From a virus: a stretch of DNA of 38,786 nucleotides. The DNA lies in IMG/VR virus record IMGVR_UViG_3300045988_157946; one strand, written 5' to 3'. Below the pieces are notes generated by a model that ran no database searches, was not told where the DNA came from, and saw only the letters and a list, made by a program, of their open reading frames with translations. This document shows positions 23,713-31,593 of this stretch, piece after piece. How positions within the stretch are numbered: position 1 is the first letter of the stretch; every line of letters begins with the position of its first letter. Made by a program: the position numbers and the translations under genes.

Positions 23713-25755
23713 CTATCTCGGCTGTGCCGATTCATTAGCCTTTTGCGCCGCCTGCTCGGCAAGTGAGCCTTTGTCGCCGGTGCTTACGCTTTGCATTCCC
23801 TCAGGTTTTGTGCTTTCCATATTTGCGCTGCCGCTTGTTGAAGCCTGCGCTACATCAGGACTGCTGCCCTGCTGCTTTCCTTTCATTCCTGTAAGATTGC
23901 TGTTGTCAATGTTCAAATCGCACATAACCTTAAGCTTTTCGTTTTCCTGCTGCAATTGTTGCAATTGCATTTGTGCCTGCTGTAAAGCGTCAAGCAATGT
24001 GCCGTTTTTCTTAATTTGATTTATAACGTCGCTCTTGTGGTCGAAATCCATAATATTAAGGCAAGCAAGTGATTGGTCTGTATTCTGCGGATTGAAAAAC
24101 CCTGCGCTGTAAAGTTGCAGCGCAAGTTCATTTTGTGCTGCCTTGCTGTACGGTGAAGCCTTTTGCGCCGCCACCTCAATATCAAACTCAGGCAGATATT
24201 GTGCCGTATCGCCTTGAAGCGTCTGCCTTTCCTGCAATTTCAAATTGCTGTTATCGTATGTATCAAAATCGTCGGTGCCGTCGTCGCCTGTTATCCTTAC
24301 ATACCGAGGCAAATCATAAAACTGTCTCATACGCTCAATTATGAGGTAGATTATATTTTCAAAAGCGTCATACGTGCCCTTAATTGCCATTCTGCTTACT
24401 TTCGAGCCTGTTTCGATAAGTGCTGATATAGCGCTTGCGGCAGTAACACCACTTGTTGTACCGCCTGTTGATACATCACGGTTAGCCGTTGTTTCTTTAA
24501 TCTCGTTAATCTTGCTGTCACGCTGAGTAAATACCGCACTGTCAAGTCCTCTAACATTAATTTCCCTTAAATCATCTTGACCGAGGTTTGTATTTGTTTT
24601 TACAAACGGCTGCGTCCAGTCGAGGAACTCTTCCTCGTTTATCTCGCTGTCTTGCCGTTCGAAATATCGTGGCATTGAGTTCATCAATACATTTTGGAGT
24701 ATTCCTGCGTCCATTTTGTCAATGTATTCTTGCGGTTGCTTGCCTACGTCAATAAAGCCAAAGCCTGCAATAGTGCCCTGCATAGGGAACATAACGTCAA
24801 AAACAAACGGATAATTACCGTCGTCATAATAGCCGTTCGGATATTCGTCAGGCTCATTTTCCGTCGCAAACAGCACAACATTATTAACAAATTTGCAGTA
24901 GTGAAGCTTGCCGTCCTTTTTATACCACCAATCAATAACAAGGCTCTTATCGGTCGTATCGATATAGTCCTCATACAAATACTGCTTTAAATCAACTTCA
25001 CCGTCGCTTGTTATATTTTCAGCCTCACTCGGATATTGCTTCTTCAAGAGGTCTGTATCAACAAGCTCAACAGTAAATACATTTCGGCTTTTCTGAATAT
25101 TCGTTATACCGCCCTGCCAAAAGATTGAAAGAATATTTATATTTTGAATTTCAACGTCGCCTATGCCGTCCTTTTTCGGATTCCAACCTACGTATGTTAT
25201 GCCGGTACCACTCTTGCTTTTTTCGGATATATCTGCAATGTACGTTTTGTAAAATTTATTTCGCTTCAAAATCATAGGAATAACATTCTTAAGTCTTTCC
25301 GCTTCAGGTACGTCGCCGCCTGTCCTTGCTCTTATATTTGCTTCGGGATAATTATCTGAGAAGTCGGCAATCTTATTAGTAATTGAGTTGAACAGCCACG
25401 CTGATGAAGAAGGTGTTTCAATACCGTTAGGATTTTCCCTATCTGCCTTTGCTGCGTCCTTTTTCTTTATCTGCTCCCAATTATGTATCTTCCACCACTC
25501 TTCGTTGTTTACAACTCTGCTTTCAAGCGACTGCTTTTGTTGCTTGTATTTCTGCAGCGTTTCACGTGCTTTGATTATTTCTTCAACACCGATTACCTTT
25601 AATCGCTCGCCGCCGCCCTTGCCGCTTTTGTGCACTTCAAGCCCATTTGCCTGATTAAAGCTGTCAGCCTTATTCATAGGCTTGTCTGCCTGCTGCTCAG
25701 TTTCTTTCAAAACCTTATTGTTTTTTTCGTCCATAGGATTTTTGTACTTACTCAT
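23713..25755 (-). CDS. Portal protein with a C-terminal Q-rich coiled coil
   Basis: 680 aa with an AAGGAG RBS, immediately downstream of terL. C-terminus LLDALQQAQMQLQQLQQENEKLK followed by a disordered tail. Confidence 0.75.
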   Translation of the reverse strand: MSKYKNPMDEKNNKVLKETEQQADKPMNKADSFNQANGLEVHKSGKGGGERLKVIGVEEIIKARETLQKYKQQKQSLESRVVNNEEWWKIHNWEQIKKKDAAKADRENPNGIETPSSSAWLFNSITNKIADFSDNYPEANIRARTGGDVPEAERLKNVIPMILKRNKFYKTYIADISEKSKSGTGITYVGWNPKKDGIGDVEIQNINILSIFWQGGITNIQKSRNVFTVELVDTDLLKKQYPSEAENITSDGEVDLKQYLYEDYIDTTDKSLVIDWWYKKDGKLHYCKFVNNVVLFATENEPDEYPNGYYDDGNYPFVFDVMFPMQGTIAGFGFIDVGKQPQEYIDKMDAGILQNVLMNSMPRYFERQDSEINEEEFLDWTQPFVKTNTNLGQDDLREINVRGLDSAVFTQRDSKINEIKETTANRDVSTGGTTSGVTAASAISALIETGSKVSRMAIKGTYDAFENIIYLIIERMRQFYDLPRYVRITGDDGTDDFDTYDNSNLKLQERQTLQGDTAQYLPEFDIEVAAQKASPYSKAAQNELALQLYSAGFFNPQNTDQSLACLNIMDFDHKSDVINQIKKNGTLLDALQQAQMQLQQLQQENEKLKVMCDLNIDNSNLTGMKGKQQGSSPDVAQASTSGSANMESTKPEGMQSVSTGDKGSLAEQAAQKANESAQPR

Positions 25756-25767
25756 TTTGTCTGCTCC

Positions 25768-27180
25768 TTAATAAATCTTAATTCCGTAGTTGTTCATACT
25801 ACTTCTGTATTCGCCACGCTGATTAAGTGGGTCGTCAGCAAGTTCCTTAATCGGCTTACTCTTTATCGGCTTAATCGGCAGCTTGTTACACATATATCTG
25901 ATTTCATCTGCAATATGGTCCTCGCCGTCTGTGTCAAGGTCCTCAACCTTGTGTTCGTCATATTGAAGCGTCGGCAATGTACGAATTGTATTTTTACACG
26001 TGTTGAATATATACATTCTCGGCTTGCCGTTAGCAGCAAAAGTGAATCTATAATGAACCTGCTGCCAACCGGCAATTCTGTTGTTATCGCCCTTTTGGAA
26101 ATAAACACCGTTTCTTGCCGCCACGTCATAAATACTGATACCTGTTGTTTTTTGCCATATTGCCGGGTCGGCAATCCCGATTATGTTCTTACCCTTAAGC
26201 CACCTATGCGTTGTTTCAATTTCCTTTACTCTTTGAAAAACTTGCTGAGGGTCCCACTGCAAGCCCTCGTTTGCTTCGTTCTTTACGCAACCATATAATT
26301 CCATTATCCTGTACAGCACACCGTCATAGTCTACAGCCCACCAACCGACTGAAAAAGGTTTATGATAACCCCAGTCGAAAGAGCGATATATGGTCCAATT
26401 CGGCGGAATTTCAAACGGCTCTATCACGTGAGTATATAAGCCTGTGGCCTGCTGCTCTTTTGTGCCAACTCTAAAATCCTCAAAGAACATTCCCTCTGCA
26501 ACATCCCACAAGCCGTAAAGAAACATTCTCTTTTGCTTTTCAGGTAGATTTTCAAGCTGTTGCAAATACTCAGGCTGTTTTGCCATAAGCGCAATATTAT
26601 CCGTCACAAGTGCTTGAATAAACGAATAATCTTCCGGGTTTTCGTCAGGCATATAATCTTTATCGATAAAGATTCGCTTAAAATAGTGATGTGACGCTCC
26701 GCCGGGGTTAGTAGTGAAGTATATTCTTTTGGGAAATTCATTTGCACCACGCATACAAAGTCCTATAGTTTTAATTTGGTATTCTGTTAAATGCGTTGCT
26801 TCGTCAATGAAAATAACATCAAATTCCGTACCTTGAAAGCGGTCGAGGTCAGCGTCATTGCGGCAGTACATAAACTGAATTGTGCTTCCGTTCGGAAAAT
26901 AAAATATCTTTTCCTTATCAACATATTTTGCAATCTTATACAAAATATTTCTCATTTCACGAATGTGGTTATTCATAAGTTCAGGATAAGTTTGTCGAAC
27001 GATTAACACCTTTATTCCTGCATAAAATACGGCAAGCAGAATAGCTTTAACTCTTACAAACCAACTCTTTCCACCGCCACGTGCGCCACCGTAACCGATA
27101 TATTTGTGCTTATCTTCTAAGGCGAGCTTTTGCTTTGGATTCACTTTCGAAAAATCGAGGTCAAGTGTTACTGCGCCCAT
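25768..27180 (-). CDS. terL: Terminase large subunit
   Basis: Walker A YGGARGGGKSW and Walker B VIFIDEATH. The C-terminal nuclease-like region has DTDGEDHIADEIRY. Confidence 0.9.
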   Translation of the reverse strand: MGAVTLDLDFSKVNPKQKLALEDKHKYIGYGGARGGGKSWFVRVKAILLAVFYAGIKVLIVRQTYPELMNNHIREMRNILYKIAKYVDKEKIFYFPNGSTIQFMYCRNDADLDRFQGTEFDVIFIDEATHLTEYQIKTIGLCMRGANEFPKRIYFTTNPGGASHHYFKRIFIDKDYMPDENPEDYSFIQALVTDNIALMAKQPEYLQQLENLPEKQKRMFLYGLWDVAEGMFFEDFRVGTKEQQATGLYTHVIEPFEIPPNWTIYRSFDWGYHKPFSVGWWAVDYDGVLYRIMELYGCVKNEANEGLQWDPQQVFQRVKEIETTHRWLKGKNIIGIADPAIWQKTTGISIYDVAARNGVYFQKGDNNRIAGWQQVHYRFTFAANGKPRMYIFNTCKNTIRTLPTLQYDEHKVEDLDTDGEDHIADEIRYMCNKLPIKPIKSKPIKELADDPLNQRGEYRSSMNNYGIKIY

Positions 27181-27665
27181 TCTTTTTTACCCTCTATTAT
27201 CTTAATTTCAACGTTCTTTTTATCCTCATCCTCTGTCAAATCATTAAGCTGTTTTATAGTGTCATTCATGGTGGAAATGGTGCTTGCAAAATCCTTTAAC
27301 GCTCTTGTGTCAAGCTTTTTAGTAATTCTTACCGATTCAGCTCCACTTGATGTTCTGAGTATTTGCCGGTATAGCTGCTCCGGGTCGTCTAACGCTTCAT
27401 TTAATTTAACTGCAAGCTTGTCCGCCGCCTCAATTAAATTATTAAGCTTTTGCGATTTATTCTTAATATCAGTCGCGCGTGCGTTTTGTAAAGTGGCCTG
27501 CGCCACATTTGACCTATATTTATCACGTTTTTTTACCCAATTTTGCTTTTTTCCTACCGCCGATACCCTCGACGGCGCTATTTTGTGCTTGTTTGCAAGT
27601 GCTCTGTAAGACATTTCACCGCATACATATTCATTTTCAAGCTCTTTCCAGTCGACTTTGCTCAC
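27168..27665 (-). CDS. terS: Terminase small subunit
   Basis: 165 aa with a GTG start and an AGAGGTGA RBS. It has an N-terminal HTH-like segment (SYRALANKHKIAPSRVSAVGKKQNW) and overlaps the terL start. Confidence 0.7.
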   Translation of the reverse strand: MSKVDWKELENEYVCGEMSYRALANKHKIAPSRVSAVGKKQNWVKKRDKYRSNVAQATLQNARATDIKNKSQKLNNLIEAADKLAVKLNEALDDPEQLYRQILRTSSGAESVRITKKLDTRALKDFASTISTMNDTIKQLNDLTEDEDKKNVEIKIIEGKKEWAQ

Positions 27666-27682
27666 GTTCTCACCTCTTATTT

Positions 27683-27717
27683 ACCTTATCATTTCAAAAC
27701 ACTTTAATGTCACACCC
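27683..27717 (-). promoter_or_regulatory. Late-promoter candidate 1 (upstream of terS): GGGTGTGACA-N19-TAAGGT
   Basis: GGGTGTGACA is the reverse complement of 27708..27717. TGATAAGGT is a -10-like element whose TAAGGT is the reverse complement of 27683..27688. The spacer is 19 nt. Confidence 0.5.
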
Positions 27718-27723
27718 ATAAAG

Positions 27724-27757
27724 CAAAAAAATAAAGCCCCTGCCTCTCGGCAAGAGC
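27724..27757 (-). terminator. Rho-independent terminator separating the early/middle genes from the packaging genes
   Basis: On the - strand GCTCTTGCC-GAGA-GGCAGGGGC forms a 9-bp stem with 2 G-U pairs and is followed by TTTATTTTTTT. Confidence 0.7.
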
Positions 27758-27769
27758 TTATACGTTTGC

Positions 27770-28201
27770 TTATTCTTTTTCCTCGTGGACTTCGTATGTA
27801 TTTTCCGCCTGCGTATCTTCAACACCGTGGCGTTTAAACATTTCTTTCCAGGCGTCGCCATACATTTGCTTTAAAAGGCAGTAGCAAAATGCCTTAAAAG
27901 GATTGTTGACGTCTCCCTCTTTGAGCTTAACCCAAGTTGTTTTGCCGTCATTCCACTTAACCACAGTCTTATTATCCTTTGTCACGATAATATCTTTAAC
28001 GCTGTAGGATTGAAGCATTTGGGCAAGCGCTTTGCTTGCTTGATTTTTCGCCATTTTAGCGTCCATTTCTGCAGCTTTATTAAAGCCGTTTCGATATGCC
28101 TCTTGTTCCTTTTTGTCAATAAGTAAAGAAGTAGCAGCTACAGCCACACCTAAAAGCGCAACAAAAACAGCCGCTAATAAAATAATAATAGCAGTTTTCA
28201 T
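27770..28201 (-). CDS. Membrane-anchored hypothetical protein
   Basis: 143 aa with an N-terminal TM (AIIILLAAVFVALLGVAVAATSLL) and a C-terminal globular part (VVKWNDGKTTWVKLKEGD..FCYCLLKQMYG). Confidence 0.6.
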   Translation of the reverse strand: MKTAIIILLAAVFVALLGVAVAATSLLIDKKEQEAYRNGFNKAAEMDAKMAKNQASKALAQMLQSYSVKDIIVTKDNKTVVKWNDGKTTWVKLKEGDVNNPFKAFCYCLLKQMYGDAWKEMFKRHGVEDTQAENTYEVHEEKE

Positions 28202-28210
28202 AAGATTACC

Positions 28211-28447
28211 TCATTTCTCGTATTTTTGATTTATAAGTTGATACATTTCGCAGTTTTTGCAACCGGAAATGCTGTTACAATAGGTGTTAAGCCATTTGTC
28301 GCCTCTCTGTACGCTTGGAAATCTAAGTACAATGCACCCTTTGCTTATTATTTTTTCGCATTTGATATACATTGCACCGCTTTTTTCCTTTTTCTGCGTT
28401 TGGTAAAAAGGACAACACGCTTTGACATCACGATATAAATTCGACAT
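28211..28447 (-). CDS. Cys-rich 78-aa protein (possible zinc-binding regulator)
   Basis: Eight Cys residues, including CC at positions 11-12 and CKNC at 63-66. It lies two genes upstream of terS. Confidence 0.55.
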   Translation of the reverse strand: MSNLYRDVKACCPFYQTQKKEKSGAMYIKCEKIISKGCIVLRFPSVQRGDKWLNTYCNSISGCKNCEMYQLINQKYEK

Positions 28448-28460
28448 AGCTCAACTCCTT

Positions 28461-29222
28461 TTAATTCCGCTTTTTAAACAATATAGCGGTAACATAAGTA
28501 TGGCCGTTATATTCGTTTTCGCATACTTCAACACGCTCGTATGTATAACCCGGGTATTTGTTCTCCCAAAACGCTCTGTCATCCTTGTATTTTGCAAGGC
28601 GGTTGACATATCTGTTAGTCACCATTCGCTTTTTTGTTCTTTCAATCGGCTTTTTTAGATTTTGAGTAGAAAACCAACGCTTTCTGCCCTTTGGGTCCTT
28701 CGATACATACCTTGCCGCAGTTTCAGGGCCGAATACATCAGGATTGTACCTGTTTGCATTTACCCAACCGAATTTCCACATATCCTCGGCTCTGTCCCTG
28801 CCGAAGCCGCCATTATTCATGAATATGTGAAAATGAATATTAACAAGCCCTGCATACTTGCCTGTCTTGTATGTTTTTTCTTCCATAATTACAACCGCCC
28901 TAAGTTCGGGGAGTTTATGCTTTCTGCGGTAATATCTCACACGGCGGATATAATTATAAGCGTCACGGTATGCTTTGTCTGAACTTTGCGGAGCATTTTC
29001 AGGTGAATACGTGCAATGCAAATAGATATCTCCTGTATCAAAATTAGCATTAATAAGCCTGATAAGCTTTTTGGTGGATTGCTTTGCATTATAAAGCGCC
29101 TGCTGCTCTGATGTGATTTTACTTTTTGGTGCTCTTTCAGCAAGAGGTCTGCCGCTGTCCGTGCAAGGGAAATAACTCACCTCTAACAATCTTCCGCTTT
29201 TAATCTGCTTTTCCTTATTCAC
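28461..29222 (-). CDS. rep: HUH-superfamily rolling-circle replication initiator (pC194/pUB110 Rep_1-like)
   Basis: GTG start with AAAGGAG 7 nt upstream. Motif I IYLHCTYS, motif II (HUH) NIHFHIFMN, motif III ETAARYVSKD (compare ETAKYPVKD of pUB110 Rep, from memory). Confidence 0.65.
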   Translation of the reverse strand: MNKEKQIKSGRLLEVSYFPCTDSGRPLAERAPKSKITSEQQALYNAKQSTKKLIRLINANFDTGDIYLHCTYSPENAPQSSDKAYRDAYNYIRRVRYYRRKHKLPELRAVVIMEEKTYKTGKYAGLVNIHFHIFMNNGGFGRDRAEDMWKFGWVNANRYNPDVFGPETAARYVSKDPKGRKRWFSTQNLKKPIERTKKRMVTNRYVNRLAKYKDDRAFWENKYPGYTYERVEVCENEYNGHTYVTAILFKKRN

Positions 29223-29276
29223 CTTTATGCTCCTTTCTTTATTTTCGTTCAGTAGTTAAGATACAATACAAGCTCG

Positions 29277-29328
29277 TAAGCCGGACTTGCACCGGCTTAA
29301 ATTTTTGCTATATATAATATGTATATAG
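29277..29328. promoter_or_regulatory. Two adjacent hairpins upstream of rep (candidate origin or regulatory region)
   Basis: TAAGCCGG-acttgca-CCGGCTTA (29277..29299) and CTATATA-taatatg-TATATAG (29308..29328). Confidence 0.4.
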
Positions 29329-29337
29329 ATATGGTGA

Positions 29338-29547
29338 TTAGAGTCTTCTGAAATCGTATTTTCTCATTTCGCTTTCGTGCACTGCACCTATGGGTGCGGC
29401 TTTTGAAAGCGGAACAAGAACAAATCCGTTCGGTGTCGACTTTGCTTGATACAAATAAGCACCGCTTATTACGAGCTTAAATTTGTCGCCGTCCCTAATC
29501 TCGTTGCCTTTTTCTTCAATATATCCGTTTGCTAATCCTAAGCACAT
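29338..29547 (-). CDS. Hypothetical protein (69 aa)
   Basis: ORF colinear with the operon; no recognisable motif. Confidence 0.45.
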   Translation of the reverse strand: MCLGLANGYIEEKGNEIRDGDKFKLVISGAYLYQAKSTPNGFVLVPLSKAAPIGAVHESEMRKYDFRRL

Positions 29548-29557
29548 AACCTGTCTC

Positions 29558-29653
29558 CTATATCGCTTTTGTTACATAAATTTCCATAAAAATAATTATT
29601 GCGCCTGCTAAAACCAAAAACCATTTGGTGCAAGCTTTGAAATCTTTGCTCAT
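29558..29653 (-). CDS. Possible 31-aa single-TM micropeptide (below the ORF-track cutoff)
   Basis: GGTGAG RBS 4 nt upstream of the ATG. The product is MSKDFKACTKWFLVLAGAIIIFMEIYVTKAI. It fills an otherwise empty 117-bp gap. Confidence 0.35.
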   Translation of the reverse strand: MSKDFKACTKWFLVLAGAIIIFMEIYVTKAI

Positions 29654-29664
29654 TTTCTCACCGC

Positions 29665-29967
29665 CTAACCCACAAGCGGCTCATAAATATAATCATAAGC
29701 TGTGCCGTATTTCTGCTTTTCCGCTGCCACAAGCTTTTGATAATATTTGCTTTCCATAAACTGATTTTCAAACTTTTCCCTCAGCTCATCCGTCATGTCA
29801 TATTTGCCGATATTGTTTTTCTTTTTAAAAGCTTCCCACTTTTTCGTAACCATAGGATGATTTATATTTAGTCTGAACCCATAAGGGTTGTTGAAAGTAT
29901 GAAGCATTTGGCTTTTCTGCTTTTCCGGGAACTCACTAAGTTTGTCCCATGCTGTTATGTAGTCCAT
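29665..29967 (-). CDS. Hypothetical protein (100 aa)
   Basis: ORF colinear with the operon; no recognisable motif. Confidence 0.55.
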   Translation of the reverse strand: MDYITAWDKLSEFPEKQKSQMLHTFNNPYGFRLNINHPMVTKKWEAFKKKNNIGKYDMTDELREKFENQFMESKYYQKLVAAEKQKYGTAYDYIYEPLVG

Positions 29968-29971
29968 TTAA

Positions 29972-30370
29972 TCACTCCACAAAATCAGGTCTTTGAGTTG
30001 ATAGTTCGCTGAGTTCAATATCTGCAGTCGATTGAAAACTGTTTTTATAAAATGCGACATAAAGACATAAGGTGTTATATTCTCTTGCACACTTTTCCTC
30101 AATGCCGCAGCCTCTTACCAAAGCCGGATAATTGCCCACGGTAGGTCCTTTATATGCAAAAACTGCAATATCGGCTTTGCTTAGCTTTTTAATAGATTCA
30201 CCTAAATACCATAACGGTTTAGCATTTGCCGGAGCACCTTTTATAAAACTGTCGATAATTTCAATATCATTTCCGTACTTTTCTTTAAGTGCTTCTTTAA
30301 TCTTTCCTCTTATGATTTCAATTTCAAAATTTGAATAGCCTTTCATAGGCTGACTTATAAATATTTTCAT
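29972..30370 (-). CDS. Nucleoside 2-deoxyribosyltransferase-like (DUF4406-like) protein
   Basis: MKIFISQPMKG..., ..PLWYLGESIKKLSKADIAVF... and ..RGCGIEEKCAREY fit my recollection of the DUF4406/NDT-like fold pattern. Not verified. Confidence 0.45.
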   Translation of the reverse strand: MKIFISQPMKGYSNFEIEIIRGKIKEALKEKYGNDIEIIDSFIKGAPANAKPLWYLGESIKKLSKADIAVFAYKGPTVGNYPALVRGCGIEEKCAREYNTLCLYVAFYKNSFQSTADIELSELSTQRPDFVE

Positions 30371-30374
30371 TGCT

Positions 30375-30977
30375 TTATTCCTTTTCGTCTTTCTTATGTT
30401 TTAATACTTTGCCTTGGTTTACTGAATTAATCACTTGTTCTTGATAGCTTTTTTCAAGTGCTTTTGCTACCGTCTTAAAATATGTAACTGTTTGCAAAGC
30501 AAGATTTGAATAATCTAAAACGATAACGGCCTTAACAAACATACCTACTTTTATTACGAGATACGAAACATCTTCGCTTGTTTTTCTTTCATACAGCTCG
30601 TATTCATCATTCTTAAACGGTTCAAAATAAATCGACGGTACAAAAACAGCACCTTTTGCCGTAAATATCGGTACGCATTCGTTCTTTCCGTCAAAGTCTG
30701 ACACCCTTATTTCCGGCAAGCTTACATACGATTCGTTGTCTGCAATATCGGATATATCAAATTCAAATGGAAAATCTTTCTTATCGAAAATTGTATTTTT
30801 AACCTCTAAAGGTTTTAAACCTGCAAAAGACGTTAAATATTCAGGCGTACAAATTGTACCGTCAGGCACTACAAACATTGCGTTGCCGGTACCGAGAAAA
30901 TATATCTTTTCTGAATACTTAAAAATTAAAAACTTTCTGCTTTTTTTGCATAATTCTGTTACTTTTTCAAATTTCAT
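30375..30977 (-). CDS. Hypothetical protein (200 aa)
   Basis: ORF colinear with the operon; no recognisable motif. Confidence 0.6.
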   Translation of the reverse strand: MKFEKVTELCKKSRKFLIFKYSEKIYFLGTGNAMFVVPDGTICTPEYLTSFAGLKPLEVKNTIFDKKDFPFEFDISDIADNESYVSLPEIRVSDFDGKNECVPIFTAKGAVFVPSIYFEPFKNDEYELYERKTSEDVSYLVIKVGMFVKAVIVLDYSNLALQTVTYFKTVAKALEKSYQEQVINSVNQGKVLKHKKDEKE

Positions 30978-30998
30978 TTTGAAAGTTGCTCCTTTTCT

Positions 30999-31271
30999 TT
31001 AAAACTTAGATAAATTCTTCAACTGCTCAATATACTCGGGCAGCTCAGCTGCGGAATCGGCAACAGCAACCGACAATCTGTTTTTCTTGCTTGTGTTTTC
31101 GTGTTCATCATATCTTTTCTTTATAAATTCTTCGACTTTATCAAAATTTTCTTGCATTAGCTGATTTTCCAACCATTCGCAAGCATTATTCGGCAATCCC
31201 ATTCCGTTAAATGAAAACTGCAAATCTTCAGCAATCAATTTCACAAAATATCTTGCTAATTCTCTATTCAT
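30999..31271 (-). CDS. Hypothetical protein whose C-terminus carries a truncated RLxVAVADSAxEL motif
   Basis: The C-terminus NRLSVAVADSAAELPEYI is encoded by the 39-bp repeat copy at 31043..31081. Confidence 0.55.
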   Translation of the reverse strand: MNRELARYFVKLIAEDLQFSFNGMGLPNNACEWLENQLMQENFDKVEEFIKKRYDEHENTSKKNRLSVAVADSAAELPEYIEQLKNLSKF

Positions 31272-31275
31272 TTTT

Positions 31276-31584
31276 TCAACTCCCTATCGTTAGTAATTTG
31301 TTGATAACAGCAGTAGAAATATAGCAATCATTTTCTTTTAATATTTCAAGTAACTCCTGTTTGCATTTATTCACACCGTCCTCAAAGCCCTTATCATACT
31401 GTTGTCTGTCGTATTTTAATGCTTTGATTAACTCGTCTTTATCAACATAAATTCCATACTTATGAATCACTTTAAGCGTTTCATTTGCTAATTGGCTTTC
31501 AATAGACGACATTTGTTCTTGAACAATCTGTATTGGAGCTTTATAAAACGTAGCCCTATCTATTTCAAACTCAAATTCAGTCAT
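31276..31584 (-). CDS. Hypothetical protein (102 aa)
   Basis: ORF colinear with the operon; no recognisable motif. Confidence 0.55.
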   Translation of the reverse strand: MTEFEFEIDRATFYKAPIQIVQEQMSSIESQLANETLKVIHKYGIYVDKDELIKALKYDRQQYDKGFEDGVNKCKQELLEILKENDCYISTAVINKLLTIGS

Positions 31585-31593
31585 ATCATCACC

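Noticed and set aside
25630-26298. 222-codon + strand ORF
   Set aside because: It is entirely antisense to the well-supported terL and portal genes. The sequence is Cys, Leu and Phe-rich junk-like, and there is no RBS. It is a shadow ORF.
27130-27609. 159-codon + strand ORF
   Set aside because: It is antisense to terS. The product is Ser, Leu and Phe-rich and has no start signals.
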